DNA from: Malacoraja senta
Lineage: Eukaryota
Assembly (NCBI GenBank): GCA_038087875.1
Contig: JAXLNO010000260.1
Location: 310,001 to 366,918, forward strand
Direction of reading: 5' to 3'
DNA length: 56,918 nt
Part shown: positions 35,925 through 46,819 of the stretch, piece after piece
Layout of the letters: each line of letters starts with the position of its first letter
Numbering within the stretch: the first letter of the stretch is position 1
Program-made: the position numbers and the translations under genes
The notes under the pieces: generated by a model
Told to the model about the DNA's origin: nothing
Database searches by the model: none
What the model saw: the letters and a program-made list of their open reading frames with translations, nothing else

Positions 35925-38900
35925 TTTAATTAATATTTTTATTAGAAGCAGTGTATAGTAGTATAAACCACGGCATTTGACAAAATACATTTATTGTACA
36001 TCTTCCATTTTAATTTTGACAAAAAATAAATAGAAAAAGAGAGAAAGAGCAAGAAAGAGAAAAAGTGAAAGAAATTGTGAATGTGTAAACCCCTAAACTA
36101 CCAAAGAGTGTAGTCAAAGAGTGAATAAGTAAAAACTTAAAAAAGAATAAGAAGACAAAAAAAAAAAAAATGTTTTTTAAAGACCAAAACGTGTTGATAT
36201 CTGCTTCATTTCTCACCACACCCATCACCCTGTCCGTAAATCGGTTTAATTCCAAAGTTGTGTTGTGTTGCACCATACTATCCTTGTAATGAATCAATGA
36301 AAGGAGACCATATCTTTGAAAATTGCTCTGATTTTCCTGCTAAGACGAGTCTCATATCTTCAAGATGTAGCGTCTCAGACATGCTTGTGATCCACATTTT
36401 AAGAGTTGGGGTAGATGCATTTTTCCAAAATTTAAATATAAGTTGTTTTGCCATTATCAGGCCATAGTTAAGGAAGCATCTTTGAAATAGTGATAGCTCA
36501 GAGCAGACCCCTGCTATTGCGAAAATAATCAATTCTGTGTGGGGGTCCAGTTTTGTTTTTAATAATTTGGAGAAAATGTCAAAAATTCCTTTCCATAATT
36601 TATGGAGTTTTATGCAAGAGGCAAAGGAGTGTGTTATAGTTGCTTCTTGAGAAAGATATTTGTCGCAGATAGGAGATACATTTGGAAAAATCTTATTCAG
36701 TTTAGTTTTTGAGTAATATAGTCTGTGTAGTATTTTAATTTGGATTAGAATATGTCTAACATTAATCTAACAATTATGTATATATAGGAGATATTTTTCC
36801 CATCTGTCTATGGACATTTTTAGGCCTAATTCCTCTTCCCATTCTCTTCTAATTACGTCTGACGATGGAATTTCTATATTTAGAAGGATATTGTACGTAT
36901 GATATTAGATTATTTGATTGCGTTTCTATTCATACCTTCATCTAATATTTCTGGCAACAGAGTTTGGTACTCGTGGGTATATGTTTTCAAATAATCTCGA
37001 ATTTGAAGATATCTGAAATATTGATTTCAGACTGTATTTCGACTGTAATTTCTGGAATGATAGGAGGTTTCCCATTACGTACAAATCTCCAACCTTTTTG
37101 ATTCCTAGTCTTTCCCAATAAATAAACGTTTTATCTATAATAAATTGTTTGAATGACGGGTTATTAGCTATTGGAGAAAGAAGAGATAGATTTCTTAATT
37201 TAAGAGTAAGTTTTACTTGTCTCCAAATTCGTAAAGTACTTTGAATAATCGGGTTTTTCTCATATATTGTGTTCTTCAACTTTATTGGGGAGAGAAGGAT
37301 CGCGCCTATATTAAAAGGCGAACAACCCTCTCTCTCCATTACTAACCAATCTACTTGTTGACATGCATTATCCAGCCAGTAAATTACATTTTTAATATTT
37401 GCTGCCCAATAATAGTATAAGAAATTGGGGAGCGCCAATCCACCAATTTCTTTGGGTTTACATAGATATCGTTTATGAATTCTATGTGATTTATAATCCC
37501 AAATAAAATTTGTAATCTGGGAATCAAGTTTAAAAACAAAATTTAGGTAGATATATCGGTATTGATTGAAATAAATAGAGAATTTGTGGAAGGAAAATCA
37601 TTTTTATGGCATTTATTCTGCCTACTAGAGACATCGGAAGTGTTTTCCAGAATTGAATAAGAGCGTTTAATTTAGTAACTAAAGGCAGGAAGTTTGCATT
37701 GAATAAAGAATTATATTTTCTGGTTACTTGAATACCCAGATATTTAAATTTTTCTGTAGCCATTCTAAAAGGAAATTTTAAAAGGTGTGTCGACTCTTGG
37801 GGTTTTATTGCCATGATTTCACTTTTATTCCAGTTTATTGTATATCCTGAGAAGGAACCGAATTCCTCTATAAGATTTAATATATTTGGAATACTAACTT
37901 GAGAGTTGGTGATGTATAATAATACATCATCTGCATATAATGATATTTTATTATTGGAATGTTTAGTATTATAACCGTGAATGTTCGGATGTATTCTTAT
38001 ACTTTCCGCTAAGGGTTCAATCGCAAGGGCAAATAGCAGGGGTGATAATGCACAACCCTGTCTATTGCCCCTGGATAATTGAAATTTCAGAGAAAGTATG
38101 TGGTTGGTCAATATTCTAGCAGTCAACCTGTCATATAGTAATTTTATCCATGAAATAAAATTCTCTCCCATCTGAAATTTTTGCAGTACTGTGAAGAGGT
38201 ATTCCCACTCTACTTGGTCAAATGCTTTTTCTGCATCTAATGAAATAATTGATAAGTCTTCTTCTTCACTTTTGTGTGAATACATTATATTAAAAAGACG
38301 TCTCAAATTATTAAATGAATGTCTCTTAGGTATGAACCCTGTTTGATCCGAATGTATTAATTTACTAACGTACTTGCTTAATCTTCTTGCCAAAGTTTTC
38401 GCTAATATTTTCTGATCTGTATTCAGTAGTGCAATTGCTCTATATGAACCGGGGTCTTCTAGATTTTATCTTTTTTGGGTATAAGTGTGATAGTTGATTC
38501 CGCTAGTGTTTCTGGTAGTGTCTGTTCTATAAATGCATATGTATAAAGCTTGTGTAAACGTGGTGAAATTACCTCGTGAAATCTTTTATAAAATTCGTTA
38601 CTGAACCCGTCTGGTCCCGTGTTTTACCGTTCTTCAGTGAGTTTATTGTCTCTTTTATTTCTTTGATTGAAACCTGTGCTCTTAATTCCTCTTGTTCCAA
38701 AGGGTTAAGTGTTGGGAGATTGCAGTTATCCAGAAAGTTGGTAATTTTATTGCTATCTGTTGATGTTTTGGATGTATATAAATTTTGATAAAATTGAGCA
38801 AATCTTTTGTTAATGTCTTTAGGCAAATTAGCAATTCACCTTTATCTGATTTGATTTTTGGAATAGTGTGATCATTTTCCACTTTTTTCAGCTGACGAGC

Positions 38901-39460
38901 CAAAAGTTTGTGTGACTTATCGCCAAATTCGAAATTTTCCTGTTTCGTAATTTGAAATAATCTAATAACTCTTGCAGATAAAATTCGGTTTAGTTTAAAT
39001 TGCAATATTGCTAACTTGTTATGTTTATCTGTAGTTGGATCTTTCGTGTTTTCTAAATCAAGTTGTCTAATCTGTTCTTCTAGTTGCAATTGTTCCGTCC
39101 TATTATTTTTATTTTGAAAAGCTTGGTATAAAATAATAGAATCTCTAATAAACGCCTTAAAGGTTTCCCATAATAGGGAGGGTGAGATATCTGGGGTGAC
39201 ATTAGTCTCAAAGAAAAGTTCCATTTGTTGTTTTAAGTATTTACAACCATCCGGGTTATTAAGTATTTGAGGATTAAACCTCCAAAACGATTTTTTATTG
39301 AACATTCCTTCTAGTTTTAAGAAGAAGGTTAACGGAGAATGATCAGAAATGACACTATTGTGATATTTAGGATTAGTTGTAAAGGGAATTAATTTTGTGT
39401 CCAATAGGAAGTAGTTGATACATGTATAGGTTTTATGTACTGATGAATAAAAGGAGTATT
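35925..39460 (-). mobile_element. L1 LINE, truncated within the endonuclease domain, frameshifted ORF2
   Basis: ORFs 38682..39404 (SDHSP), 37530..38393 (LDAEKAFD, YADD), 36938..37438 and 36278..36532. AATAAA on the minus strand at about 35938-35943. Confidence 0.92.
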
Positions 39461-39467
39461 TATATAT

Positions 39468-39569
39468 ACAAATAATTCTGTTAAAATTTTGGAATGAAAT
39501 TGCTGTGCATATATATATATATATATATGCATAGCAATTTCATTCCAAAATTTTAACAGAATTATTTGT
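39468..39569. repeat. 102-bp near-perfect palindrome with (AT)n centre
   Basis: ACAAATAATTCTGTTAAAATTTTGGAATGAAATTGCTGTGC-(AT)n-reverse complement, with one mismatch. Confidence 0.9.
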
Positions 39570-39796
39570 TACATAACTCTCTGAACAAAATCACTCTGAG
39601 GTGACCAGCTCAGCTAGATAACCTCTTGTAAGGACTTGACAATTTAAATGCGTAGATGGCTTACTCTAAGATCCACTGAACAAGAAGATATATCTTAGCA
39701 AAACTTTAATTCCCTGCAGATAGATTCACCATGCTCTGCATTCAGGTCATCTAATAGAGGTATATCGATGGAAAGTCCATTAGCATTGGATCACTC

Positions 39797-40531
39797 ATGG
39801 GCCTGTCCCACGCGCGACTTTTTCGGCGACTGCCGGCACCTGTCATAGGTCGCCGAAAATTTTCAACATGTTGAAAATTCAGCGGCGACCAGAAAGACGC
39901 TATGACTCTTTGGGTGACTGAGAGACTACTCATGACCATATAGGTGACACACTGGCAGCATATTAAATAAGAACCGGTCACATGTCACATGGTCTTGATT
40001 TTGACATCTTATATTGGACAACAAATAAAAAGAATATAAGCTGTCAAAATCAAGACCATGTGACATGTGACCGGTTCATATTTAATAGTTTACTCAGTAT
40101 CAAATAATACACCTCATAACATCTTTACTGCAAATGTTTGACTGTTGTGGAAGTTACTGACCTCATTAGTCCTTCTCCTCTATTTTCTTGATACCTGCAC
40201 AATATGAATTAGAATTATGCTAACAATGAAGTGTTATGGGCCTGTCGCAATTTTTTTCGGCGACTTGCCGGCACCCGTCATACTCGTAGCAGGTCTCTGA
40301 AAAATTTCAACATGTTGAAAATCTAGTGGCAACCAGAACAGAACGGCGACCAGAAAGACGCTACGACTCTTTGGGCGACTACTCACGACCATACAGGCTT
40401 CACCTCGCGACATGTCGCCAGTGTGTCACCTATATGGTCGTGAGTAGTCTCTCAGTCACCCAAAGAGTCGTAGCATCTTTCTGGACGCCGCTGAATTTTC
40501 AACATGTTGAAAATTTTCAGCGACCTATGAC
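39797..40531. mobile_element. Rearranged palindromic Harbinger-like MITE copies (39797-39960, 40236-40531)
   Basis: ATGGGCCTGTC termini at about 39797 and 40237. 39841-39957 is the near-exact reverse complement of 40417-40531. Confidence 0.7.
39961..40087. repeat. Hairpin with 55-bp arms and a 17-nt loop
   Basis: Arms at 39961-40015 and 40033-40087 are 53/55 complementary. Confidence 0.9.
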
Positions 40532-40584
40532 AAATATATGTGACAGATCTTTTTAAGAGCAACTCAAATATCATCCCATGGAGG

Positions 40585-40765
40585 GAATGGACAGACAACG
40601 TTTTAGGTTGGGACCTGTCCTCACACCCTACGGTCTTCATGGTGGTGTGACACAAGAAGCTGGAGTAAGTCAGTGGGTCAGACATCATCTCTGGAGAAAA
40701 GGAATAGGTGACGTTTCGGGTCAAGAACCTTCTTCAGACGTACCCCGTGATTTCTCCAGAGACTG
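40585..40765 (-). mobile_element. Penelope terminus fragments with hammerhead motif
   Basis: The reverse complement contains CTGAAGAAGGTTCTTGACCCGAAACGTC. Confidence 0.7.
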
Positions 40766-41236
40766 ATGAATACTGTAAAGAGAACAACTTTTAAGTATCC
40801 TAATTGGTTTTACATTATCACATGTGAGGAGGAGCATGTAGCAATTGCTAAGTAGTGAGCCACCCTCACAACTATATTTAGTAGTTCCTTTGTTGCATAA
40901 TGTTAAGCCTAACTTAAGGTGCTAATTAAAGATCACATATTATTTAGCTATGTTTCCCAAATGTATTATTTTTTATAAATCAGGGCTTGCAAATATTGAA
41001 TGACCTTTGACCTCATTACTTAGCAATAGACTACTAATAAGTACCGGAAATATAAAATGAAAATAATCAAGCATTATTTTTCCATGTCCCTTTCATTCCC
41101 TGAATATGAAAATAGAACAAAGGCTTATTTCTAGGAACAGACAAAGCTATTATATTATAAAAAAAGATAAATATGACAGACAATTTTTCTCAAAACACAT
41201 AACACAAAGCACTTGGTGGGAAAGAAAGAATGGACT

Positions 41237-43313
41237 TGTGGCGTCAGCCTATACATGGGCCACTTATGCTCGAACCCTCGTCAGGAAGTACGAGGGCGAG
41301 CACGTGACGTCATGGGCTAGAGGGAGTGTCCTGGTACTTAAGGTCATCTCACCTCGAGACCTTGAGGTATTCAACCGGTAGCTGAGCCCGAGTGAACAAC
41401 CTCGCTCAGCTACAGTAACACTGTTATTATAGTTAGCACCAACCTAACGTGTCACCACTGAATAAACGACTCTTTGAACCAGCCTGATGTCTCACCTTTA
41501 TTCACCACATTTGGTGCCGCTACACTGGTGACCCCCGACTGTCCAAATTGAAATTTGGATTTTACCTGACGCACGCAGCCTCGGGAGGGAGACCTGATGT
41601 CTACAGCCGGCTGCCCAGCCCGGCAGAACTACGCTGCCGCCAACCCGGCCCTGCAGTGAGGTATGCCGCTACATCTGGGATGCCGCCTCTGCCCCACCAG
41701 CTGCTGCTGCCGCCGCTCTCCCGCTCCCGGCAACGGGGCAGGCCGCCTGGTGTGACGGCCGCCGAGCTCCTCCGCATGACCTGCCCGGAGCCGACTACCG
41801 GAGCGGAGAGGTTTTACCAACCGCCGCTGCCCCACCAGCTGCTGCAGGAGCTGCGAGCGTTCCAGCCTCCTGCCCACAGCAACGCCTACACACGCCCAAC
41901 GGCCCCGGGAGCAGAGAGAGAGTACCTGCTGTTCTCCCGCTCCCGACAATGGACCTAGCACCGGGCCTCACTGCTCCAGGCCCTGCCCCAGCCTCACCTC
42001 ACCTGCACTGCACCTGGCCTCACCGCAGTCACGGCTCCACGGCCGCTGCCGAGGGCCTGGCCACCCGATAGGGCAGGCTTACCTGGGGTGCCTTCCAAAG
42101 ACGCCCTTCTCCTCCTCACCGGCGTGGACTCCTAAGATCCCTGGGCACTGGCTGGCTGCCTGTCCGGCCCAGGGATTCAATCGCTGGTGAAGGCCGCCTC
42201 AGCCGGCCGGCAATATGGCTGCCGCGGCCTTCTAAAACAAGCGGCGCCTGACTACAAAGATGGCCGCTGAGAAGCTTGAACTCACCTGACCGCCATCCAC
42301 AGCGCCACCTTCCGGCCGGATGCTGTCACTGTAGCCTGACCACCATCCACAGGGCCACCTTCCGGCCGGATGCCGTCACTACAGCCTCACCGCCGTCCAC
42401 AGCGCCATCTTCCAGCCGGATGCAGTCCCTGCAGCCTGACCACCGGCAACAGCGCCACCGTCAGGTCGGAGGCTGTCACTGCAATGCTGCACAGCTTTCC
42501 TATCCTGCACTATAAACACAGGACAATTTGAACTTTGGACACTGATTGCACTGTAATTTGTGTTGTTACTGTTCCTTTTGTGTTCACTGCATCTCCATGC
42601 CCGGTTCAGAAATTGGTTTGTTTATTTTATTTTGTTTTTTTCCCCTCATTGATGCCGACGTCTCCCAGCCATTGCTGGGGGCCGTATTTCACAGGACAAA
42701 CTCCCTTAGCTGGTCGAGGAGATGCGACTGTGTCTCTTCTGTCCGGCGGTTTCTGCATCGGTCCCCTCGCACCTCACGCAGAGCCACACTGCGCCCGTGG
42801 AGCCCACGCAGAGCATCACTGCGCCCGTGGAGCCCACGCAGAGCGTCATGCGCCCGTGGAGCCCTCCATCCCGACCCACGCTAGGGGTGTCCCAGACATG
42901 CAGAAGCCGCCCTCGATTTTTTCACCCACGCAGAGCGTTACTGTGCCCGTGGGCCCTCTGTCCGACCCAAATGCAGTAGCCGCCCTCGACCATGCTATTC
43001 CTTCCTCCGGTTCTGAGGGGGGTCCTGTGGCGTCAGCCTATACATGGGCCACTTATGCTCGAACCCTCGTCAGGAAGTACGAGGGCGGGCACGTGACGTC
43101 ATGGGCTAGAGGGAGTGTCCTGGTACTTAAGGTCATCTCACCTCGAGACCTTGAGGTATTCAACCGGTAGCTGAGCCCGAATGAACAACCTCGCTCAGCT
43201 ACAGTAACACTGTTATTATAGTTAGCACCAACCTAACGTGTCACCACTGAATAAACGACTCTTTGAACCGGCCTGATGTCTCACCTTTATTCACCACGTT
43301 TCGTGCCGCTACA
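41237..43313 (+). mobile_element. Non-autonomous Gypsy-type LTR retrotransposon (2077 bp)
   Basis: 288-bp LTRs TG..CA at 41237-41524 and 43026-43313 (about 6 differences). TSD GACT. PBS TGGTGACCCCCGAC at 41526-41539 (tRNA-Trp-like). PPT GAGGGGGG at about 43015-43022. No pol motifs. Confidence 0.93.
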
Positions 43314-43593
43314 GACTATTATCCATACTGAATTCAATAAGAATAAAGATAACATTTGCTGAATTAATTTCTTACTGGACATGTTGATTTGATTTCAGAG
43401 TTACAATGAGTAAATTCCTCCCATTAAGTTTTAAATGTAGTCTTCATGATAGTTACATTAAATCTATGGGATTGTACTTGCCTTTTCCTTCATTTCAGTA
43501 CTGGTGTTGTTCTCAAACGCTGTATTTTATTACAAATAGCTGTACATTATTTGAAAGACTTATCTATCCAACATTTTTTGAAAGACTTATTTA

Positions 43594-45430
43594 TGGGCGG
43601 CACGGTGGCGCAGCAGTAGAGTTACTGCCCTACAGCGCTTGCAGCGCCGGAGACCCGAGTTCGATCCCGACTAGGTGTGCTGTCTGTACGGAGTTTATAC
43701 GTTCTCCTCGTGACTGTGTAGATTATCTCACAAAAGCTTTGGTTACTGCCCACACTCCAAAATACATCTATATTACTAAAAGTCTGATCTTGACCACATC
43801 CTGTTGTTCTGTATATTGATTTTAGAAAAAAACGCTGCCACTTACGGCTCTGATATTTGGCCATCTTACTCAGAATCCCCCTCCGCTGTGCAGGACAAGA
43901 GGATTTTTCCCATCAATGAAAAATAAAAGAGTTATAAATGTTTAAAAAATGTTGAGATTCTATCTCCTGAAGGCCACGCCCCTTCCGGAGGGACTATAAA
44001 ACCTGGAAGTGTTGAGTGCCTCAGTCAGTCTCTGCAAGATGGGGGAGCGAGAGGGTCACGTCTCTCAGTCTGAGCTGTGAATAACATTGAACACATATAT
44101 ACTAAACTGTGAGTGTGGTTTTACTGACCATGAATGCCCTTAATGTGGTTTGAAAATGAAAATGTGGTTGGTTTGAAGTGAAGCACTGCAAATGGCTGTT
44201 GGTGGTGGTTGGTTTGAAGTGAAGCACTGCAAATGGCCGTTGGTGGTGGTTGGTTTGAAGTGAAGCACTGCAAATGGCTGTTGGTGGTGGTTGGTTTGAA
44301 GTGAAGCACTGCAAATGGCTGTTGGTGGTGGTTGATTTGAAGTGAAGCACTGCAAATGGCTGTTGGTGGTGGAAACTTGATAATTTCCTGTTTGCACTGT
44401 ATATTGATTTTAGATAAAACGCTACCACTTACGGCTGTGATTTTTGCCCATCTTACTCAGTCCCCCTCTGCTCATCAGGTGCAGAGGATTCTTCCCATCA
44501 ATGAAAAATAAAAGTGTTAATACTGTTTAAAAAATGTTGAGAATCTCTCTCCTGTCAATCATGCCTTGAAGGCCACGCCCCTTCCGATGGGAGGGGGAGG
44601 GATTATAAAACCCGGAAGTGTGCGTGTGGCTCAGTCTCTGCAAGATGGGGGAGGGAGAGGTCACGTCTGTCTGAGCTGTGAATCAATTGAACACACTGAA
44701 TGTCTACTGAACTGTGAGTGTGGTGTTTATGTGGTGTTATGTGGTGTTTTGTGTTGTTTTCTGGTGAATTCACCCTGCTTGAAATGGTATTAAACTGCAT
44801 TTGAATGTGGGGGCCTTGCACCCTGCATGAAATGGTATGAAACTGCATTTGAATTTGGTGGGCTTGCACCCTGCTTGAAATGGTATGAAACTGCACTTGA
44901 ATTTGGTGGCCTTGCACCCTGCTTGAAATGGCAGGAATTGCATTTGAATTCGGTGGCCTTGCACCCTGCTTGAAATAGAATTTCAAGGAATAGCCGTGAG
45001 TCAACTGCCAGCCCACCAGCCATGAGTGAGCTGCCTGCCCATCAGGCTTGAGTGACTGAGCTGCCACCTCAAGAATCCATTTGGCCCACAATGTCTATAC
45101 TAGCCCTCTGAAAACCAGTCCCTTCAGCCCACATCACCCATACTAGCGCTCCAGAAAGCCCCCCCACTGGCCACCTATATTGGAATTGGTGGAGAGGTGG
45201 AATATTGTGATGGGGGACCAGCCCTCCCATGTGAACATGGGACCCAATGGGTCCCACTTACTCTAGTACAGGTATGTAGGTTAATTGGTAAATGTAAAAA
45301 TTGTCCATAGTGCATGTTGTATAGTGTTAATATGCCGGGATCGTTGGTTAGTGTGGACCCGGTGTGCCGAAGGGCCTGTTTCCATGCTGATTCTCTAAAC
45401 TAAACTAACCTAAACTAAACTGATAAACTA
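43594..45430 (+). mobile_element. HE1/V-SINE-like SINE split by a Helitron (43594-43766 plus 45267-45430)
   Basis: tRNA head with A and B boxes. CCCACACTCCAAAATACA|TACAGGTATGTAGGTTAATTGG rejoins across the insertion. (CTAAA)n tail. Confidence 0.85.
43767..45266 (+). mobile_element. Non-autonomous Helitron (1.5 kb) with minisatellites
   Basis: A|TCTATATTACTAAAA start, hairpin GGGACCC-AAT-GGGTCCC at 45239-45255, CTAG|T end, no TSD. ~41-bp units at 44165-44372 and ~49-bp units at 44770-44980. The 5' module is duplicated (43790-44130 vs 44385-44730). Confidence 0.9.
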
Positions 45431-45709
45431 AACTGAATGATATACGAGTAGTTGGTCCTCTATTTGGTGCATTCTTGAGTAAATAACTAAAAGCTACCAG
45501 GTAGACTTTGATGTCGCTAGGTCCTGAAATACGTGTTCCCACTATAAGGTTTCACATTAAAAAAGTCATTTAAATTTTTTTTTAATGATTCATTGTTATC
45601 ATTCAGTCACAATGAAAACATTAAAACTACTCTGAACTCAAAAAGTGAAAAATAAAACTAGTCAGCATGAAAGGGAAAGAACACAAAACTCAATATAATA
45701 AAACAGTAC

Positions 45710-46463
45710 GATAAATAGGCCACCCGTCTTAAAAAGTCTCCTCCACCATTCACTAGGATCATGGCAATTCTGCCTCAGACATCATGTCCTCTTTTAGCTG
45801 CCGATTCCCCTAAATTCCCCCAATTTTTCTCCTCTTTAAGTACTTCCAATCATTCAGACTTTACATCCCTCCAGTGTAGATAAATCCACCACTTTCTGTG
45901 AGAAGAAATGCCGATACACTGCCATTTTTAATGACAATCCCCCAATATCTTCTAACCATATTGCCCAGTTCAATATACTTGCACTAGTGGAAAAACTGCA
46001 ACATTTATTTTTCCAAGTCATTTTAGGATCTTATATGGAAGATAGCATCAAAAGGATGGAGTAACTCAACGGGTCAGACAGCATTTCTGGAGAAAAGGAA
46101 TAAGTAATGTTTTGGGTTGAGACCATTCTTCAGATCCTTCTTCTTGCAATCTTATATGTTTCGGTATGATCGCCCCTCCTGCTTCTAAACTCCAAAAGCA
46201 AAAAAAGGAATAGGATTCCGAGGCAATGCTGGAAACAAGTGTGATGCTTGGGAAAATATATATGGTGTCCTTCAGATAAAGCAATGCAATGTATTCAAGA
46301 GAGAGTTGGATATAGATCTTAGGGCTAATGGATTCAAAGGATATGGGGAGAAAGCAGGAACAGGTGCTAATTCTGGATGATCAGGCATGATCATATTGTA
46401 TGGCGTTGCTGGCTCAAAGGGCCAAATGGCCTGCAACTGCACCTATTTTCTATGTTTCTATGT
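45710..46463. mobile_element. Cluster of old CR1 3' ends (45710-46200 minus; 46290-46463 plus) and a Penelope scrap (46045-46140)
   Basis: Similar to the CR1 tails and Penelope termini elsewhere in the window. Confidence 0.6.
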
Positions 46464-46494
46464 GATCTATTGGCAGTATCCAAGTACCATGACT

Positions 46495-46670
46495 AACAAA
46501 AAAGACACAAAGTGCTGGAGTAACTCAGGTGATATTTTGGGACCCTTCTTCAGGTCCTGACCTGAAACGTCACCTATCCATGTTCTGCAGAGATGTTTCC
46601 TGACCCACTGAGTTACCCCAGCACTTTGTATCTTTTCTTGTAAAGCAGCATTGCAGTTCCTTATTTCTAC
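46495..46670. mobile_element. Inverted pair of Penelope termini (deleted)
   Basis: AAAGACACAAAGTGCTGGAGTAACTCAG pairs with CTGAGTTACCCCAGCACTTTGTATCTTT, around GAAACGTC. Confidence 0.7.
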
Positions 46671-46819
46671 TATGGCTAACCACGCTGCAGAGAGGTAACC
46701 AGAACATTGTGATTGGCATAGACAAGGTAGGCTGAAGATCCTGCTTCCATGTTGTTTGACTATATGACTCCAAGGGAATGTAGAATTCTCAGAAATATGA
46801 AAAGATTAGCAATTGAATG

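Noticed and set aside
41516..41524. GCCGCTACA LTR end shared by the Gypsy-type and BEL elements
   Set aside because: It is a short match, partly forced by the TG..CA constraint. The PBS, LTR bodies and lengths differ.
44165..44980. CRISPR-like repeat arrays
   Set aside because: The units are head-to-tail with no unique spacers, there are no cas genes, and the context is eukaryotic. They are minisatellites.
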